DNA of 64,000 bases, from NCBI GenBank assembly GCA_963711835.1, contig CAVQFQ010000005.1, forward strand, positions 320,001-384,000. The letters run 5' to 3'. The stretch is from an uncultured delta proteobacterium (GTDB lineage: Bacteria; Desulfobacterota; RBG-13-43-22). The notes under the pieces were generated by a model. It saw only the letters and a list, made by a program, of their open reading frames with translations, ran no database searches and was not told the origin of the DNA. Every line of letters starts with the position of its first letter. The first letter of the stretch is position 1. A program made the translations under genes and the position numbers. Positions 9,964 through 21,362 of the stretch are shown piece by piece.

Positions 9964-11028
9964 TCAGTCGGCTGGAGACCGCCGCGTCTGCGGCAAGGTC
10001 CAGTCGGCGTGGAGTTGGCCGCAGGCCGCTGAAATATCGGCGCCCTTGCTGCGCCGGATAATGACCGTGTAATGATTCCGGATCAGGATGTCCTGAAACT
10101 GAAGAAGACTCTTTTCCTCCGGGGGCCGAAAGGCGATTCCGGGATGAGGGTTAAAGGGAATCAGGTTGATCTTGGCCTTAACCCCCAGGAGGAGTTTGGC
10201 CAGGGCCCGGGCCTCCCGGAGAGAATCGTTTACCCCTTGGATCAGGATGTACTCAAAAGTGATCCTTTTGCTGTGGGGCAGAGGAAAATTGCTGCAGGCC
10301 TCCATCAAATCCCTCAGGGGATAGCGGCGGTTGATCGGCATCAGTTGATTACGGGTCGAATCATCGGCCGCATTCAAGGACACCGCCAGGTTTACAGGAA
10401 TGAGTTGGCCGAGGGTTTTCATTTCAGGCACCAGGCCGGCAGTCGATAAGGTGACATGGCGATGGGAGAACTGCATCCCCTGGGGAGAGAGAAGAATTTT
10501 CAAAGCCTTGACCGTGTTCTCAAAATTATGCAACGGCTCCCCCATGCCCATAAAGACGATATTGGTCAGCGGCTGGGCCTGGTCCTTTAAAAAGGCCTGG
10601 GCTGCCAGGACCTGGTTGATGATCTCAGAGGCCTTAAGATTTCTTTTAAGTCCCCTGGTGCCGGTGCAGCAGAACCTGCATTTCTGGGCACAGCCCACCT
10701 GGGATGAAATACACAGGGTATGATGACCCCTTTCCGGTATCAGGACGCTTTCAATATGTTCCCCGTCCTCCAGCCGGAAAAGAAACTTTCGCGTCCCGTC
10801 GGACGACTGCTCTATTTTTTCAGTCACCAGGCAGCTTAAATAAGCCAGCTCTTCAAATTGAGTCCGCCATTTTTTTGATAAATTCGACATCTGGTCGAAG
10901 GAGTGAATCCCGGGGTCGAAAAGCCAACTGAAGACCTGTTCGCTTCGATAAGGCTGCAGACCCAATCCAACCACCCATCGGCTCAATTCATCAAAAGTCA
11001 AATTTCTCAGGTCAATCTTCCGATCCAT
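9964..11028 (-). CDS. rlmN: Radical SAM 23S rRNA/tRNA m2A methyltransferase
   Basis: CISSQVGCAQKCRFC, MGMGEP, DISAACGQL. Confidence 0.96.
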   Translation of the reverse strand: MDRKIDLRNLTFDELSRWVVGLGLQPYRSEQVFSWLFDPGIHSFDQMSNLSKKWRTQFEELAYLSCLVTEKIEQSSDGTRKFLFRLEDGEHIESVLIPERGHHTLCISSQVGCAQKCRFCCTGTRGLKRNLKASEIINQVLAAQAFLKDQAQPLTNIVFMGMGEPLHNFENTVKALKILLSPQGMQFSHRHVTLSTAGLVPEMKTLGQLIPVNLAVSLNAADDSTRNQLMPINRRYPLRDLMEACSNFPLPHSKRITFEYILIQGVNDSLREARALAKLLLGVKAKINLIPFNPHPGIAFRPPEEKSLLQFQDILIRNHYTVIIRRSKGADISAACGQLHADWTLPQTRRSPAD

Positions 11029-11101
11029 TTTTTACCTGACCTTGGCCTAAGAGCTGTGAGCTTTCATCTATGAGCCCCTTCAGGTATCAGCTCTTTCAGC
11101 T

Positions 11102-12416
11102 TTAAACTATTGCCTTGGCCTTCTTGCCTATGAGCTGTGAGCTTTCAGCTATAAGCTTTTCTGCCGCGCTCTCCCCGGCCACCCAGCCGGTCGAAAAGGC
11201 CGCCTGAAGGTTATAACCTCCGGTTTTCCCCTGGATATCAAGGACCTCTCCGCAAAGATATAATCCCTGAAGTATCCTGGATTCAAGGGTCCTGGGGTCG
11301 ACCTCCTTAAGAGATACCCCACCGGCCGTGACGATGGCCTCTTCCAGGGGACGCAGCCCTTTTATGGCCAGACGAAAATCGGTCAACAAGGCCCTGATTC
11401 GTGCCCGTTCTTCCCCGGTAATTTGATGGCCTTTTTTATCAGCCGGTATCTGCAAAATCCTGATGAATACCGGGATCAGGGAATTGGGCAGAAGGGTTTT
11501 TAAAAGGCCCTGGAACCCTTTGCGATGATGGGCCGTTAATTCCCTTTGCAGTCTTTGGTCCAACTGATCCGCTGATAAGGCCGGCTTGAAATTGATCCCT
11601 ATCTCGACCCGGCCTTGTCTTAAACACTCCCCGACTCTTCCGCTCAAGGTCAGAATTATCGGCCCGGAAATCCCAAAATGGGTAAAGATCATCTCTCCGA
11701 ATTCCGATTGATCTTTTTGCCCCTTTGGATACAGGGTGGCCTTGACATTTTTCAAAGACAGACCCTGGAGTTCCCTGATCCAGTCTTCCTCGACCACGAG
11801 AGGGATCAGGAAAGGACGGATCGGGACCAGGGAATGCCCGGCCTTTTGAGCCAAGACGATAGCCGTCTCCGCTGGAACCGGTCTTTGTATAGGAGGCCCC
11901 GCCGGTGGCCAGGATAACGGCCCGGCCTTTAAATTCACCCTGTCGGGAGCGCACCCCCTCTATTTTGCCCCGGGAGAAAAGAAGGTCCTGAATCGGATTG
12001 TCCCTGATTAAATGCACTCCCTTTTCCCTTATGTAGTCTGAAAGGGCCCTAACCACATCCCGGGCCTGGTTCGATTGAGGGAAAACCCGATTCCCCCTCT
12101 CGACCGACACCGGTACCCCTCTTTCTTCAAAAAAATCCATCAGGTCCCGGTTAAAGAAACGGGCCAGAGAATTCCTTAAAAACCGCCCGTCCGGGTAGTA
12201 GCTTTCGATAAAGGTGGGGATGTCTCCCAGATTGGTCAGATTGCATCTTCCTTTTCCCGTAAGGCCCAGTTTCAGACCCACCTTCGGCATCTTCTCGACG
12301 AGGAGGACCCTGGCCCCTTTTTCCGCCGCCCGGCCGGCCGCCATCAAACCGGAAGCCCCGGCCCCGGCTACGATGATGTCAAACAATGAACTCATCTTAT
12401 TCTGATTATAGGTCAA
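11102..12416 (-). CDS. HI0933/BaiN/YhiN flavoprotein, split by frameshift near 11853
   Basis: GAGASGLMAA, TGKGRCNLTN in 5' ORF; FTHFGISGP, VTAGGV, GGYNLQAAFSTG in 3' ORF; join restores DGYRLAQKAGH. Confidence 0.9.
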
Positions 12417-12421
12417 AAAAA

Positions 12422-14068
12422 TCAGGCCCCCTGAAGGGCTGTTCGGACTATGGTTTGGGCCTGCTCCACCAGGGTTTCCAGGTGTTCCAGGCTCCGGAAG
12501 CTCTCGGCATAAAGTTTGTAGATATTTTCAGTCCCCGAGGGGCGAGCCGCAAACCAGCCGTTCGCAGCCGCCACCTTTAATCCGCCGATGCCGGCATTAT
12601 TGCCGGGGGCCCGGGTCAGCTTGCTTAGAATCACTTCACCGGCCAGTTCCCTGGCCGTTACCACCTCGGGGGTCAATTTTTTAAAGGCCTTTTTTTGTTC
12701 GGGCGTGGCCGGGGCGTCAATTCGAATGGTGTAAGGTGTCCCTAAATCCTTTGTGAGTTCCTGATAATAAAGGCCGGGATCCTTCCCGGTCCGGGCCCTG
12801 ATTTCGGCCGCCAGCAGGCCGAGGATGATGCCGTCTTTATCCGTGGTCCAGGCGCTGCCGTCCAGCCTGAGAAAACTTGCCCCGGCACTCTCCTCGCCAC
12901 CGAAACAGATGGAGCCTTCCAGCAATCCCTGGGCAAACCATTTAAAGCCCACCGGGACTTCCAGGAGTTTCCGGCCCAACCTGGCCGCTACCCGATCGAT
13001 CAGGCTGCTGCTTACCAGGGTTTTCCCCACAGCCGAGGAAAGCGGCCAGTCCGGCCGATGGGTCAGCAGGTAATGGATGGCCACGGCCAGATAATGGTTG
13101 GGGTTCATCAGTCCTGCGGAAGGGGTGACGATGCCGTGCCGATCGGCATCGGTATCATTACCGAAGGCCAGGTCGAAGCGGTTCTTTAATTTAAGCAGAC
13201 CGGCCATGGCATAAGGACTGGAGCAGTCCATACGGATCTGGCCGTCATGATCCAGGGTCATGAAGCGAAAGGTGGGATCCACCGTTGCGTTGACGACCGT
13301 CAGATCGATTCCATAAAAATCCCGGATCGGTTCCCAATAATGAACCGAGGCCCCGCCCAACGGATCCACTCCGACCTTAATAGCGGTGGAGCGAATGATT
13401 TCCATATCAACAACAGCGGCCAGGTCTTTGATATAGGGCCCCAGGAAGTCCTCTTGAAAGGTGGTCTCCGCTTTCAAGGCCGAATCATAGGACATCCGCC
13501 TGACTTCCCGATTATCTTCCCGAAGCAGGGTATTGGCCCGATCCTGGATCCAATCCGTCACCTCCGTATCGGCCGGGCCTCCGTTGGGGGGATTGTATTT
13601 GAAACCGCCGTCAGCCGGAGGGTTATGAGACGGAGTAATGATAATCCCATCGGCCCAGTGATCCTTCCTCCCCCGGTTATAGGACAGGATGGCCCGTGAA
13701 ATCGACGGGGTCGGGGTAAATTCCCGGCCCTCTTGAAGGCCGGTTTTCACCTCATTGGCGGCCAGTACTTCCAGGGCCGTCCTTTCCGCCAGAGGAGATA
13801 CGGCGTGGGTATCTTTCCCCAGAAACAAAGGCCCGCTGATCCCCTGGATCCGCCGGTAATCACAGATGGCCTGGGTTATGGCCAGGATATGGGCTTCGTT
13901 AAAAGTGCCCTCCAGGGGACTTCCTCGATGGCCGCTGGTACCGAAGCTAATCCGCTGGTTGGGATCATCAAGGTCCGGCCCCTGTTCATAATAGGCCTTT
14001 TCCAGTTGAGCCGGATCAATCAGAAATTCCTCGGGAGCGGGTTTTCCCGCCAGGGGATGGATGCTCAT
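12422..14068 (-). CDS. pgm: Phosphoglucomutase
   Basis: FGTSGHRG, TPSHNP, DTDADRHG, GEESAG, ARPSGTE. Confidence 0.96.
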   Translation of the reverse strand: MSIHPLAGKPAPEEFLIDPAQLEKAYYEQGPDLDDPNQRISFGTSGHRGSPLEGTFNEAHILAITQAICDYRRIQGISGPLFLGKDTHAVSPLAERTALEVLAANEVKTGLQEGREFTPTPSISRAILSYNRGRKDHWADGIIITPSHNPPADGGFKYNPPNGGPADTEVTDWIQDRANTLLREDNREVRRMSYDSALKAETTFQEDFLGPYIKDLAAVVDMEIIRSTAIKVGVDPLGGASVHYWEPIRDFYGIDLTVVNATVDPTFRFMTLDHDGQIRMDCSSPYAMAGLLKLKNRFDLAFGNDTDADRHGIVTPSAGLMNPNHYLAVAIHYLLTHRPDWPLSSAVGKTLVSSSLIDRVAARLGRKLLEVPVGFKWFAQGLLEGSICFGGEESAGASFLRLDGSAWTTDKDGIILGLLAAEIRARTGKDPGLYYQELTKDLGTPYTIRIDAPATPEQKKAFKKLTPEVVTARELAGEVILSKLTRAPGNNAGIGGLKVAAANGWFAARPSGTENIYKLYAESFRSLEHLETLVEQAQTIVRTALQGA

Positions 14069-14136
14069 CTATACTCCCATGCGATATATTCTATCACTCT
14101 TAATTCTGGGAATTTATCCCTTACTTCCCAATATTA

Positions 14137-14329
14137 GGTGTAGGGTGGTCTTATTTTTTAAGTTGTCCACCCCAAAGCCATAAGTCCCGCCTGGCGGGAC
14201 AGGCCTACACCCAAGCTGGAAATGGGCTGGGGTGAAAGCCCTGCTCTAAAATGATCTTTGCTGTCCGGGCCGGATTGAGGGCTCTTAGTCACCCTTTGGA
14301 CAACTTAAAAAATAAGACCACCCTACACC
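14137..14329. mobile_element. 193-bp element with perfect 33-bp terminal inverted repeats, copy 2
   Basis: 14137-14169 is the exact reverse complement of 14297-14329; no ORF inside; no target-site duplication seen. Confidence 0.75.
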
Positions 14330-14369
14330 GTTTCTTCAGGACTTTAGAAAAAATTTCAAAGATATTTGG

Positions 14370-15194
14370 TTAGATTTTAGTGTTTCCCCGGTCTAAAAAC
14401 CCGGCGGCTTTCTCGTCCACCAGCCATAAAACCTTCCCTTTTTTCGGCCGGACCAACTGGGCCGGCAGGGGGTCACCCTCAAAATCGCCTTGAAGGACTT
14501 TTTGCAGGGTCTCGGCCTTATCTTCCCCCTGAACCAGAAACATGATCCGGGCGGCGTTGTTGATGACCGGGAGGGTCAGGGTGATGCGACAGGACCGTAA
14601 TGGGCCTACCCAATTGGCGGCCACCAGCCTTTCCTTTTCATAAAAGGCTTCCGACCCCGGGAACAGGGAGGCCGTGTGACCATCCCGGCCCATCCCGAGC
14701 AGGACCAGGTCAAAAGAGGGGAATGCCCCGGCCGGCAAATGAAAAAAATCTTTTATCTCCTGTTCATAGTCCCTGGCGGCGGCGATAGGGTCGGGATTTT
14801 CTCCCCGAATGCGATGGAGGTTGGTCAAAGGAACCGGAATTTTTGACAGCCAGGCCTGGTAGGCCAGCCGATAATTGCTTTCAGGATGATCCGGAGGAAC
14901 AGGCCGCTCATCCCCCCAGAAAAAAAACATCTTATCCCAGGGGATGCCAGGCCGGCTAAGGGGTTTGCTTCCCAGCAGGGAATAGAGACTCCCTGGTGTT
15001 GATCCCCCCGAAAGGGCCGCCGTAAAGGTCTTTTTCGAATCCAGGACCTCTCCGGCCAGGGAAATAAATTGTTTCGCGGCCGTACGGCTGAGTTCCTCCG
15101 GATCGGCCAGGATTTGTATCTCCGTATTTTCAGGAAGTCTATCTATGGTGACGGTCCTCCGGTCCCCAGTCAGGCAATAATGCGCCCCTGCCAC
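14370..15194 (-). CDS. pgl: 6-phosphogluconolactonase
   Basis: ALSGGSTP, WGDERPV, LLGMGRDGHTASLFP; start may lie further downstream. Confidence 0.95.
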   Translation of the reverse strand: MAGAHYCLTGDRRTVTIDRLPENTEIQILADPEELSRTAAKQFISLAGEVLDSKKTFTAALSGGSTPGSLYSLLGSKPLSRPGIPWDKMFFFWGDERPVPPDHPESNYRLAYQAWLSKIPVPLTNLHRIRGENPDPIAAARDYEQEIKDFFHLPAGAFPSFDLVLLGMGRDGHTASLFPGSEAFYEKERLVAANWVGPLRSCRITLTLPVINNAARIMFLVQGEDKAETLQKVLQGDFEGDPLPAQLVRPKKGKVLWLVDEKAAGFLDRGNTKI

Positions 15195-15209
15195 CTCTTT
15201 TGAACGATA

Positions 15210-15959
15210 CTATTTTTTTTTCTTCAACTGTCCGGCAACGGCCTCCGTGGCCCGCTTCACCGCCTCCGGGTCTCCTAGGTAATAACTCCGAATGGGCTTC
15301 AAATCTTCTTCCAATTCGTAAACCAGAGGGATTCCGGTTGGGATATTCAGACCGACGATCCGGTCGTCCGGGATCTTGTCCAGATATTTGACCAAGGCCC
15401 GCAGGCTGTTTCCATGGGCGGCGATTAATATCCGCTTCCCCTGCCGCACCGCCGGAGTAATGGTTTCATGCCAGTATGGCAAGAAACGTTCCACAGTGTC
15501 CTTCAGACATTCGCTGAGGGGAATTTCTTCGGGCCGGAGATCGGCATAACGGGGGTCATTGCCCGAGTAGCGCGGATCCCTGGTCGTCAGCTCCGGGGGC
15601 CGGATATCGTAACTGCGGCGCCAGATCTTGACCTGCTCCATCCCGTGCTTTTCGGCGGTCTCGGCTTTATTAAGCCCTTGAAGGGCCCCGTAATGGCGCT
15701 CATTCAGCCGCCAGTTGTGAATGATCGGAATCCACATCAGGTCCATCTCCTCCAGGACAATCCAGAGGGTTTTGATGGCCCGTTTAAGCACCGAGGTGAA
15801 AGCCAGGTCAAAAATAAACCCTTCCCCGGCCAGAACACGGCCGCCCTCAACGGCCTCCTCTACCCCCTTTTCACTGAGGCCCACATCGGTCCAGCCGGTA
15901 AAACGATTCTCTTTATTCCAGGTGCTCTCACCATGGCGGAGCAGGACTATTTTTTTCAT
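15210..15959 (-). CDS. gpmA: 2,3-BPG-dependent phosphoglycerate mutase
   Basis: [21 protein letters not shown]. Confidence 0.97.
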   Translation of the reverse strand: MKKIVLLRHGESTWNKENRFTGWTDVGLSEKGVEEAVEGGRVLAGEGFIFDLAFTSVLKRAIKTLWIVLEEMDLMWIPIIHNWRLNERHYGALQGLNKAETAEKHGMEQVKIWRRSYDIRPPELTTRDPRYSGNDPRYADLRPEEIPLSECLKDTVERFLPYWHETITPAVRQGKRILIAAHGNSLRALVKYLDKIPDDRIVGLNIPTGIPLVYELEEDLKPIRSYYLGDPEAVKRATEAVAGQLKKKK

Positions 15960-16118
15960 GGCTCTGCCTCCTTTTTTGATAAGGATTTTTTCAGTTTAAA
16001 GGATACCCCAGTCCCAGTCAATACCAAAGGGGGGAAAAGAGCGCTGGAAATTTAAGCTGGATTGGTTATAATAACCAACCAATCATTATCATTGATTATC
16101 TGGAGAGGTTAAAAGGAC

Positions 16119-17623
16119 ATGGATAGACGCCGCAGCGGCATTCTCCTGCATATCACCTCCCTCCCCTCCCCTTTCGGCATCGGAGACCTGGGGCCTGAAG
16201 CGTATCACTTTATTGATTTTTTGAATCGGACCGGCCAGAGCTACTGGCAGTTGCTGCCCCTGACCCCCACCGATCCCGGCAGCGGGAATTCCCCCTACAG
16301 CAGTATCTCTTCTTTCGCCGGGAATACCCTGATGATCAGCCCCCGACTCCTGATGGAAGCCGGCTACTTGACCCGGGAGGAGATTTCCGAACCGCCCTTT
16401 TTCCCTTTGGATCGGTGCGATTTTTCCTCAGTCTCCTCTTACAAATCCGGATTACTCTGCCGAGCCTATGATCGTTTTAAAGCAAACCGCTCGGGGAGAC
16501 AGGCCTTCGAAGAATTCTGCCATGGCCATCGCCATTGGCTGGACGATTACGCCCTGTTTGTCTGCCTGAAAAATCACTACCACGGGAGGGCCTGGGGAGA
16601 ATGGGACCCCGGTTACCGGGACAGGGAACCCTCCATGATAGCGGCCTTCGGAAACTCCTTTCCGGAAGCCCTGGAAAGGGAAAAATTCTTCCAATACCTT
16701 TTCTTCAGCCAATGGTCCGCCTTAAAAACTTATGCCCACGGAAAAAACCTGCGCTTTATCGGAGACCTGCCCATCTACGTCAATTACGACAGTGCGGACG
16801 TCTGGACCCACCCCGATCTTTTCAGCCTCGATCAAGACAAAAGACCGTTGAGCCTGGCCGGGGTTCCGCCCGACTATTTCAGCCGGACCGGCCAACTGTG
16901 GGGGAATCCTACCTATTGTTGGGAACGCCTTCAGGAAACCGGTTTTCAGTGGTGGTTGACCCGAATCGCCCACCATCTTGAACTCCAGGATATCCTGCGG
17001 ATTGACCACTTCAGGGGTTTGGTCGCCTTATTGGGAAGTGTCGAACACGGAAACCACAGCCCTGCACGGACGAATGGAAAGAAGTCCCGACCATCCCATT
17101 TTTTACTGCCCTTCTTGATAAATTCCCGGCCAGCTCGATTATCGCCGAAGACTTAGGCTATATTACGCCGGAGGTCAAAGAGGTCATGAACCGTTTCGGT
17201 TTCCCGGGGATGCGCATCCTTCTTTTTGCCTTTGGGGAAGACAACCCCGATCACCTTTATTTACCCCACAACTATATCCCCAACTGTGTCGCCTATACCG
17301 GGACCCACGACAATAATACCGTTCGGGGCTGGTTCGAGAACGAAACCGGCCCCCAGGAGCGACAGCGATTATTTCGGTATCTGGGAAGAGAAGTCTCCGG
17401 TCAGGAATTACCCCGGGAACTCATTCGCCTGGTCATGATCTCTCCGGCCGATACCGTTGTTGTCCCCCTGCAGGATCTCTTAGGCTTGGGAAGGGAGGCC
17501 CGGATGAATATTCCATCCACGGCCAGGGACAATTGGGAATGGCGCTTTCTGCCGAATCAGTTGACGCCCTATCACGGGGATTGGCTTGGGGAGATTACTG
17601 CGACCTATGGCCGGGCGCGTTAG
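16119..17623 (+). CDS. malQ: 4-alpha-glucanotransferase (GH77), frameshifted at ~17030-17140
   Basis: SGILLHITSLP, AGVPPDYFS, RIDHFRG; IIAEDLG and YTGTHDNNT in the downstream frame. Confidence 0.92.
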
Positions 17624-17628
17624 TAGGG

Positions 17629-17765
17629 AAAATCCGAAACAATCTCTAAATTCAAATGATCAAAACTCCAATCAGAACGGGCCGGTGATTTGGATGGCCA
17701 GTTTTGAGACTTTGAAATTCGGTCATTTGAATTTGTTTCGGATTTCGAGTTCGGATTTCGAATTT
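17629..17765. repeat. AT-rich inverted repeat with TTTCGGA-type heptamer tail between convergent genes
   Basis: aatccgaaacaa / ttgtttcggatt and aaattcaaatga / tcatttgaattt pair; tail ggatttcgagttcggatttcgaattt. Confidence 0.6.
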
Positions 17766-17798
17766 AATCCCCTCTTGGCTGGGTTAGGGATAGGGGGA

Positions 17799-18585
17799 TT
17801 ACTGTCTGGGGGTTCGGATATTTCTCGGAATTTCCATTTCGTAATTGGTTCGGAAAGGATTGATGTCGATCCCCCCGCGGCGGGTGTAGCGGGCATAGAC
17901 GGTCAGTTTTTCAGGCCGGCAACGGCGGCTGAGGTCCAGGAAGATCCTTTCCACGCAGGTCTCGTGAAAGGCTTGGTGCTGTCTGAACGAAATGAGATAT
18001 TTCAGAAGTCCGGTCCGTTCCATCACCGGGCCCCGATAGCGGATCTGGATACCGGCCCAGTCCGGTTGGCCGGTGATCGGACAGTTGGTCTTGAATAGAT
18101 CGGAGGTCAGGGTTTCCTCTACGATCTCCTTCTTCACCGCCAGGAATCCCGGGTCCACCCGATAGCGGGAAACTTTCACCTCCAGATGATCCAGGGTTTC
18201 TCCTTGAAGGGTCTCGATCCGTTCCCCTCCAAAAATCTCCGGCAACTTGAGGACCACTTGAACCGGGCTTCCTGAAACCCGGGTCCAGATCTTCGGTTAT
18301 CCGCGACTGCAACCCGGCGGTACTTTCAAACAGGGTCTGGTTCAAGGAATTCAGATAGAGCTTTAGAGATTTGGACTCGATAAGATGGGGGGAATCTGCC
18401 GGGAAAAAAAAGTCGGCCAAAGCGATTTTGGGTTTGCCCTGCTGGTTCAGCCAGGATAATTCATAGGCGGTCCAGATATCCCAGCCCCAAAAGGGCAAAG
18501 GATCAGTCAGACCCATTTCAGCCCGCTGGGGTCGGCGAGGAATGGGACAGAGCAACTCGGGATCAATGCGGTCTTTATAAGCCAC
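17799..18585 (-). CDS. queF: 7-cyano-7-deazaguanine reductase QueF (long form), frameshifted ~18260-18290
   Basis: DIWTAYELSWLN, IESKSLKLYLNS; KTNCPITGQPDW, FHETCVE, ARYTRRGGIDINP. Confidence 0.93.
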
Positions 18586-18670
18586 TTCTTTTTATTCCGC
18601 CTTGACGGCTTTGATTATGTGTCAGCCGGGCGCCTAATCCCGGGTTTGGAATCATTCCTGGGGTTGAAAT

Positions 18671-18699
18671 AGTATAAGAAAGTCGGAGAAGGGATTCAA
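18671..18699 (-). promoter_or_regulatory. sigma70-type promoter for queF
   Basis: TTGAAT-17bp-TATACT on minus strand. Confidence 0.6.
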
Positions 18700-18817
18700 T
18701 AAATAAAAAAGGCAGGGTTTCTCAGGCGGCCCTGCCCCGGCAGGATAAATTCTTGACCGGTCCTTGTTCAAGTCATTATACTCAGCCGAGAAAACATCGA
18801 AACATCGGGGTGAAGAA

Positions 18818-18937
18818 ATGAAAAGATTATTGGTTTTGCTTCTGATCGTTGTTGCCCTGGCAGGCTGTGCCTTAATCAGTGAGGATGTTAGAACCGTGCC
18901 GATTGATAAGGACTCGGGCTTGATCTCTCCGAAATAA
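18818..18937 (+). CDS. 39-aa small lipoprotein
   Basis: MKRLLVLLLIVVALAGC...; TTGACC..TATACT upstream (18753-18782); hairpin + T-run at ~18995-19030. Confidence 0.6.
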   Translation: MKRLLVLLLIVVALAGCALISEDVRTVPIDKDSGLISPK

Positions 18938-19120
18938 ACCCAAAGGACCCTCGAATTTAACCTTAACCAGGGGAGGATTGGATGAAAATCATAAGGCCCT
19001 TACTCTTTACTTAGGAGCAGGGTCTTTTTCATTAGGTTCCATGTGACGGCTGAGGAGACAGAGGGACGATTTGTCTACCGCATAGGCGACCATTCGTTGG
19101 ATATTCCTGCATTTTTTCTA

Positions 19121-19149
19121 TTGCGAAGTAATGGACTTTTTGATATATT
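19121..19149 (+). promoter_or_regulatory. sigma70-type promoter upstream of kaiC
   Basis: TTGCGA-17bp-TATATT with extended -10 TG. Confidence 0.5.
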
Positions 19150-19254
19150 AATACAATCGCAATAAATAAAATGACCTCATCCCCCTCACCTTCCCCCCTT
19201 GAAGGGCAGGGGTGGGTGGGGGGTATTACTTCAGATTAGTAAAGGTGCTGGGAG

Positions 19255-21336
19255 ATGACGATGGTTAAGGCAAAACATGATGTTGATGTTCTTGAAAAAT
19301 GCCCGACGGGCATCAAGGGTCTCGATGAGATCACGAAGGGAGGGCTTCCGAAAGGCAGGCCAACCCTGATCTGCGGCAGTGCGGGTTCCGGCAAAACACT
19401 TTTCGCCATGGAGTTTCTCATGCGGGGCGCCATGGATTACGGAGAACCCGGGGTCTTCATGACCTTCGAGGAGACGCCGGAGGATCTCGCGAAGAACTTC
19501 ATCTCCCTTGGTTTTGATCTCCATGACATGATGTCGCGTGGTCTCATCGCAACGGACCACGTCTACATCGAGCGAAGCGAGATTGAGGAGACGGGTGAGT
19601 ACGACCTGGAAGGATTGTTCATCCGCCTGGGGAATGCCATTGATTCCATCGGAGCGAAGCGGGTTGTCTTGGATACCATAGAAGCACTTTTCTCCGGGCT
19701 GTCTAATGCCGCTATCATTCGGGCAGAGCTTCGCCGGCTTTTTCACTGGTTGAAAGACCGCGGTGTGACGGCCATCGTTACGGGGGAAAGCGGCGACAAG
19801 ACCCTGACACGCTACGGGCTCGAAGAATACGTCGCCGATTGCGTGATCCTCCTCGACTTCCGCATCGAGGAGCAAATTTCCACCCGCCGCCTGCGTATTG
19901 TCAAGTACCGCGGCTCATCTCACGGCGCCGACGAGTATCCCTTCCTGATCGACGAGAGAGGCCTCTCTATCCTGCCCATCACTTCCCTGGGGCTCGACTA
20001 CCCCGTTTCCACGGAGCGCATCTCCACGGGCGTCCCCAAGTTGGATGCCATGCTTGATGGGAAGGGGTTCTACCGGGGCAGCACCATCCTCGTCTCCGGT
20101 ACAGCGGGCACAGGCAAAACAAGTTTGTCGGCTACCTTTGCCGACGCCGCCTGCCGGCGAGGTGAGCGCTGCCTGTATTTTGCCTTCGAGGAATCGCCCA
20201 GCCAGATCATCCGGAACATGGGCTCCATCGGCATGGATCTCGCCCGGTGGGTGAAGAAGGGGCTTCTCAAGTTTCATTCAGCCCGGCCTTCGCTTTACGG
20301 CCTGGAGATGCATCTTGTCACCTTCCACAAGGTGATCGAGGAGTTCAATCCCCAGGTTTTCATTGTAGACCCGATCAGCAACCTGAGCGCCGCGGGAACA
20401 GCATCAGAGGTCAAATCCATATTAACGCGCCTGATCGACTATTTGAAGATGAAAAAGATCTCTACTTTCCTTACGGACCTCACCCATTTTGGAGGCAGCC
20501 TTGAACACACGAGCGAAGAGATATCTTCTCTGATCGATACGTGGCTTCTCCTCCGGGATATCGAACTCAATGGGGAACGCAACCGGGGCCTCTACATTTT
20601 GAAGTCCCGCGGCATGGCCCACTCCAACCAGATTCAAGAGTTCCTGCTCACGAACCAGGGCATTGACCTTATCGACATCTATACCGGTTCCGGCGAGGTA
20701 TTAACCGGCAGTGCCCGGGCAGCCCAGGAAGCCGGGGAAAAGGCCTCTGAGCTGGCACGCCGGCGTGAGGCGGATCGCAGGCTCCGCGAGCAGGAGCGCA
20801 AGAGGAAGGCCCTGGAAGCAAAGATCGCAGCCCTCCGTGCCGAGTTCGATGTGGAATCTGAAGAGGTGCATTTGATGGCGGAAGAAGAGCGAAAAAGACA
20901 AGCTGTCCTGGCAGAAGACCGTTTAGAAATGGCGCATCTTCGCAAGGGGAAACCTTCAGCGTCCGGCGAAGCGCTCGAAAAAGAAGAGGGAAAGGAGAGT
21001 AAGATGAAAGCTGTCTCACCAGGAAAGGGGAAGAAAGCAAAGACCGATGCGACAGAAGAAATCTGGAATCTCCGGTTATATGTAGCCGGTCAGACCCAGA
21101 AATCGATTACGGCCTTTGCTAATTTAAAGAAGATCTGCGAAGAGCACCTCGCGGGGAAATACCGCATTGAAGTGATAGACCTTTTAAAGAATCCCCAGCT
21201 TGCCAAAGGGGACCAGATTATTGCCATACCGACACTGGTAAGGAAGCTTCCTGAACCGCTTAAAAAGATTATCGGAGATCTGGCTAACACAGAGCGCGTG
21301 CTGGTGGGACTCGACATTCGTTCTGTCTCCGGATGA
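19255..21336 (+). CDS. kaiC: KaiC (double RecA-like domain) in one frame with a C-terminal KaiB (internal RBS + ATG at 21004)
   Basis: GSAGSGKT and GTAGTGKT P-loops, [28 protein letters not shown]; then [11 protein letters not shown]...[22 protein letters not shown]. Confidence 0.93.
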   Translation: MTMVKAKHDVDVLEKCPTGIKGLDEITKGGLPKGRPTLICGSAGSGKTLFAMEFLMRGAMDYGEPGVFMTFEETPEDLAKNFISLGFDLHDMMSRGLIATDHVYIERSEIEETGEYDLEGLFIRLGNAIDSIGAKRVVLDTIEALFSGLSNAAIIRAELRRLFHWLKDRGVTAIVTGESGDKTLTRYGLEEYVADCVILLDFRIEEQISTRRLRIVKYRGSSHGADEYPFLIDERGLSILPITSLGLDYPVSTERISTGVPKLDAMLDGKGFYRGSTILVSGTAGTGKTSLSATFADAACRRGERCLYFAFEESPSQIIRNMGSIGMDLARWVKKGLLKFHSARPSLYGLEMHLVTFHKVIEEFNPQVFIVDPISNLSAAGTASEVKSILTRLIDYLKMKKISTFLTDLTHFGGSLEHTSEEISSLIDTWLLLRDIELNGERNRGLYILKSRGMAHSNQIQEFLLTNQGIDLIDIYTGSGEVLTGSARAAQEAGEKASELARRREADRRLREQERKRKALEAKIAALRAEFDVESEEVHLMAEEERKRQAVLAEDRLEMAHLRKGKPSASGEALEKEEGKESKMKAVSPGKGKKAKTDATEEIWNLRLYVAGQTQKSITAFANLKKICEEHLAGKYRIEVIDLLKNPQLAKGDQIIAIPTLVRKLPEPLKKIIGDLANTERVLVGLDIRSVSG
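21004..21336 (+). CDS. kaiB: KaiB #1 (probably translated separately)
   Basis: AGGAG at 20993-20997, ATG at 21004; full KaiB signature. Confidence 0.85.
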   Translation: MKAVSPGKGKKAKTDATEEIWNLRLYVAGQTQKSITAFANLKKICEEHLAGKYRIEVIDLLKNPQLAKGDQIIAIPTLVRKLPEPLKKIIGDLANTERVLVGLDIRSVSG

Positions 21337-21362
21337 TAAAATCAATTTTGGAGTAACAGCCG

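Noticed and set aside
18586-18700. preQ1 riboswitch upstream of queF
   Set aside because: No preQ1 aptamer consensus is recognisable on the minus strand; the leader is short.
19180-19224. C-rich/G-rich palindrome in the kaiC leader as a specific regulatory RNA
   Set aside because: Single imperfect hairpin resembling generic extragenic palindromes; no further support.
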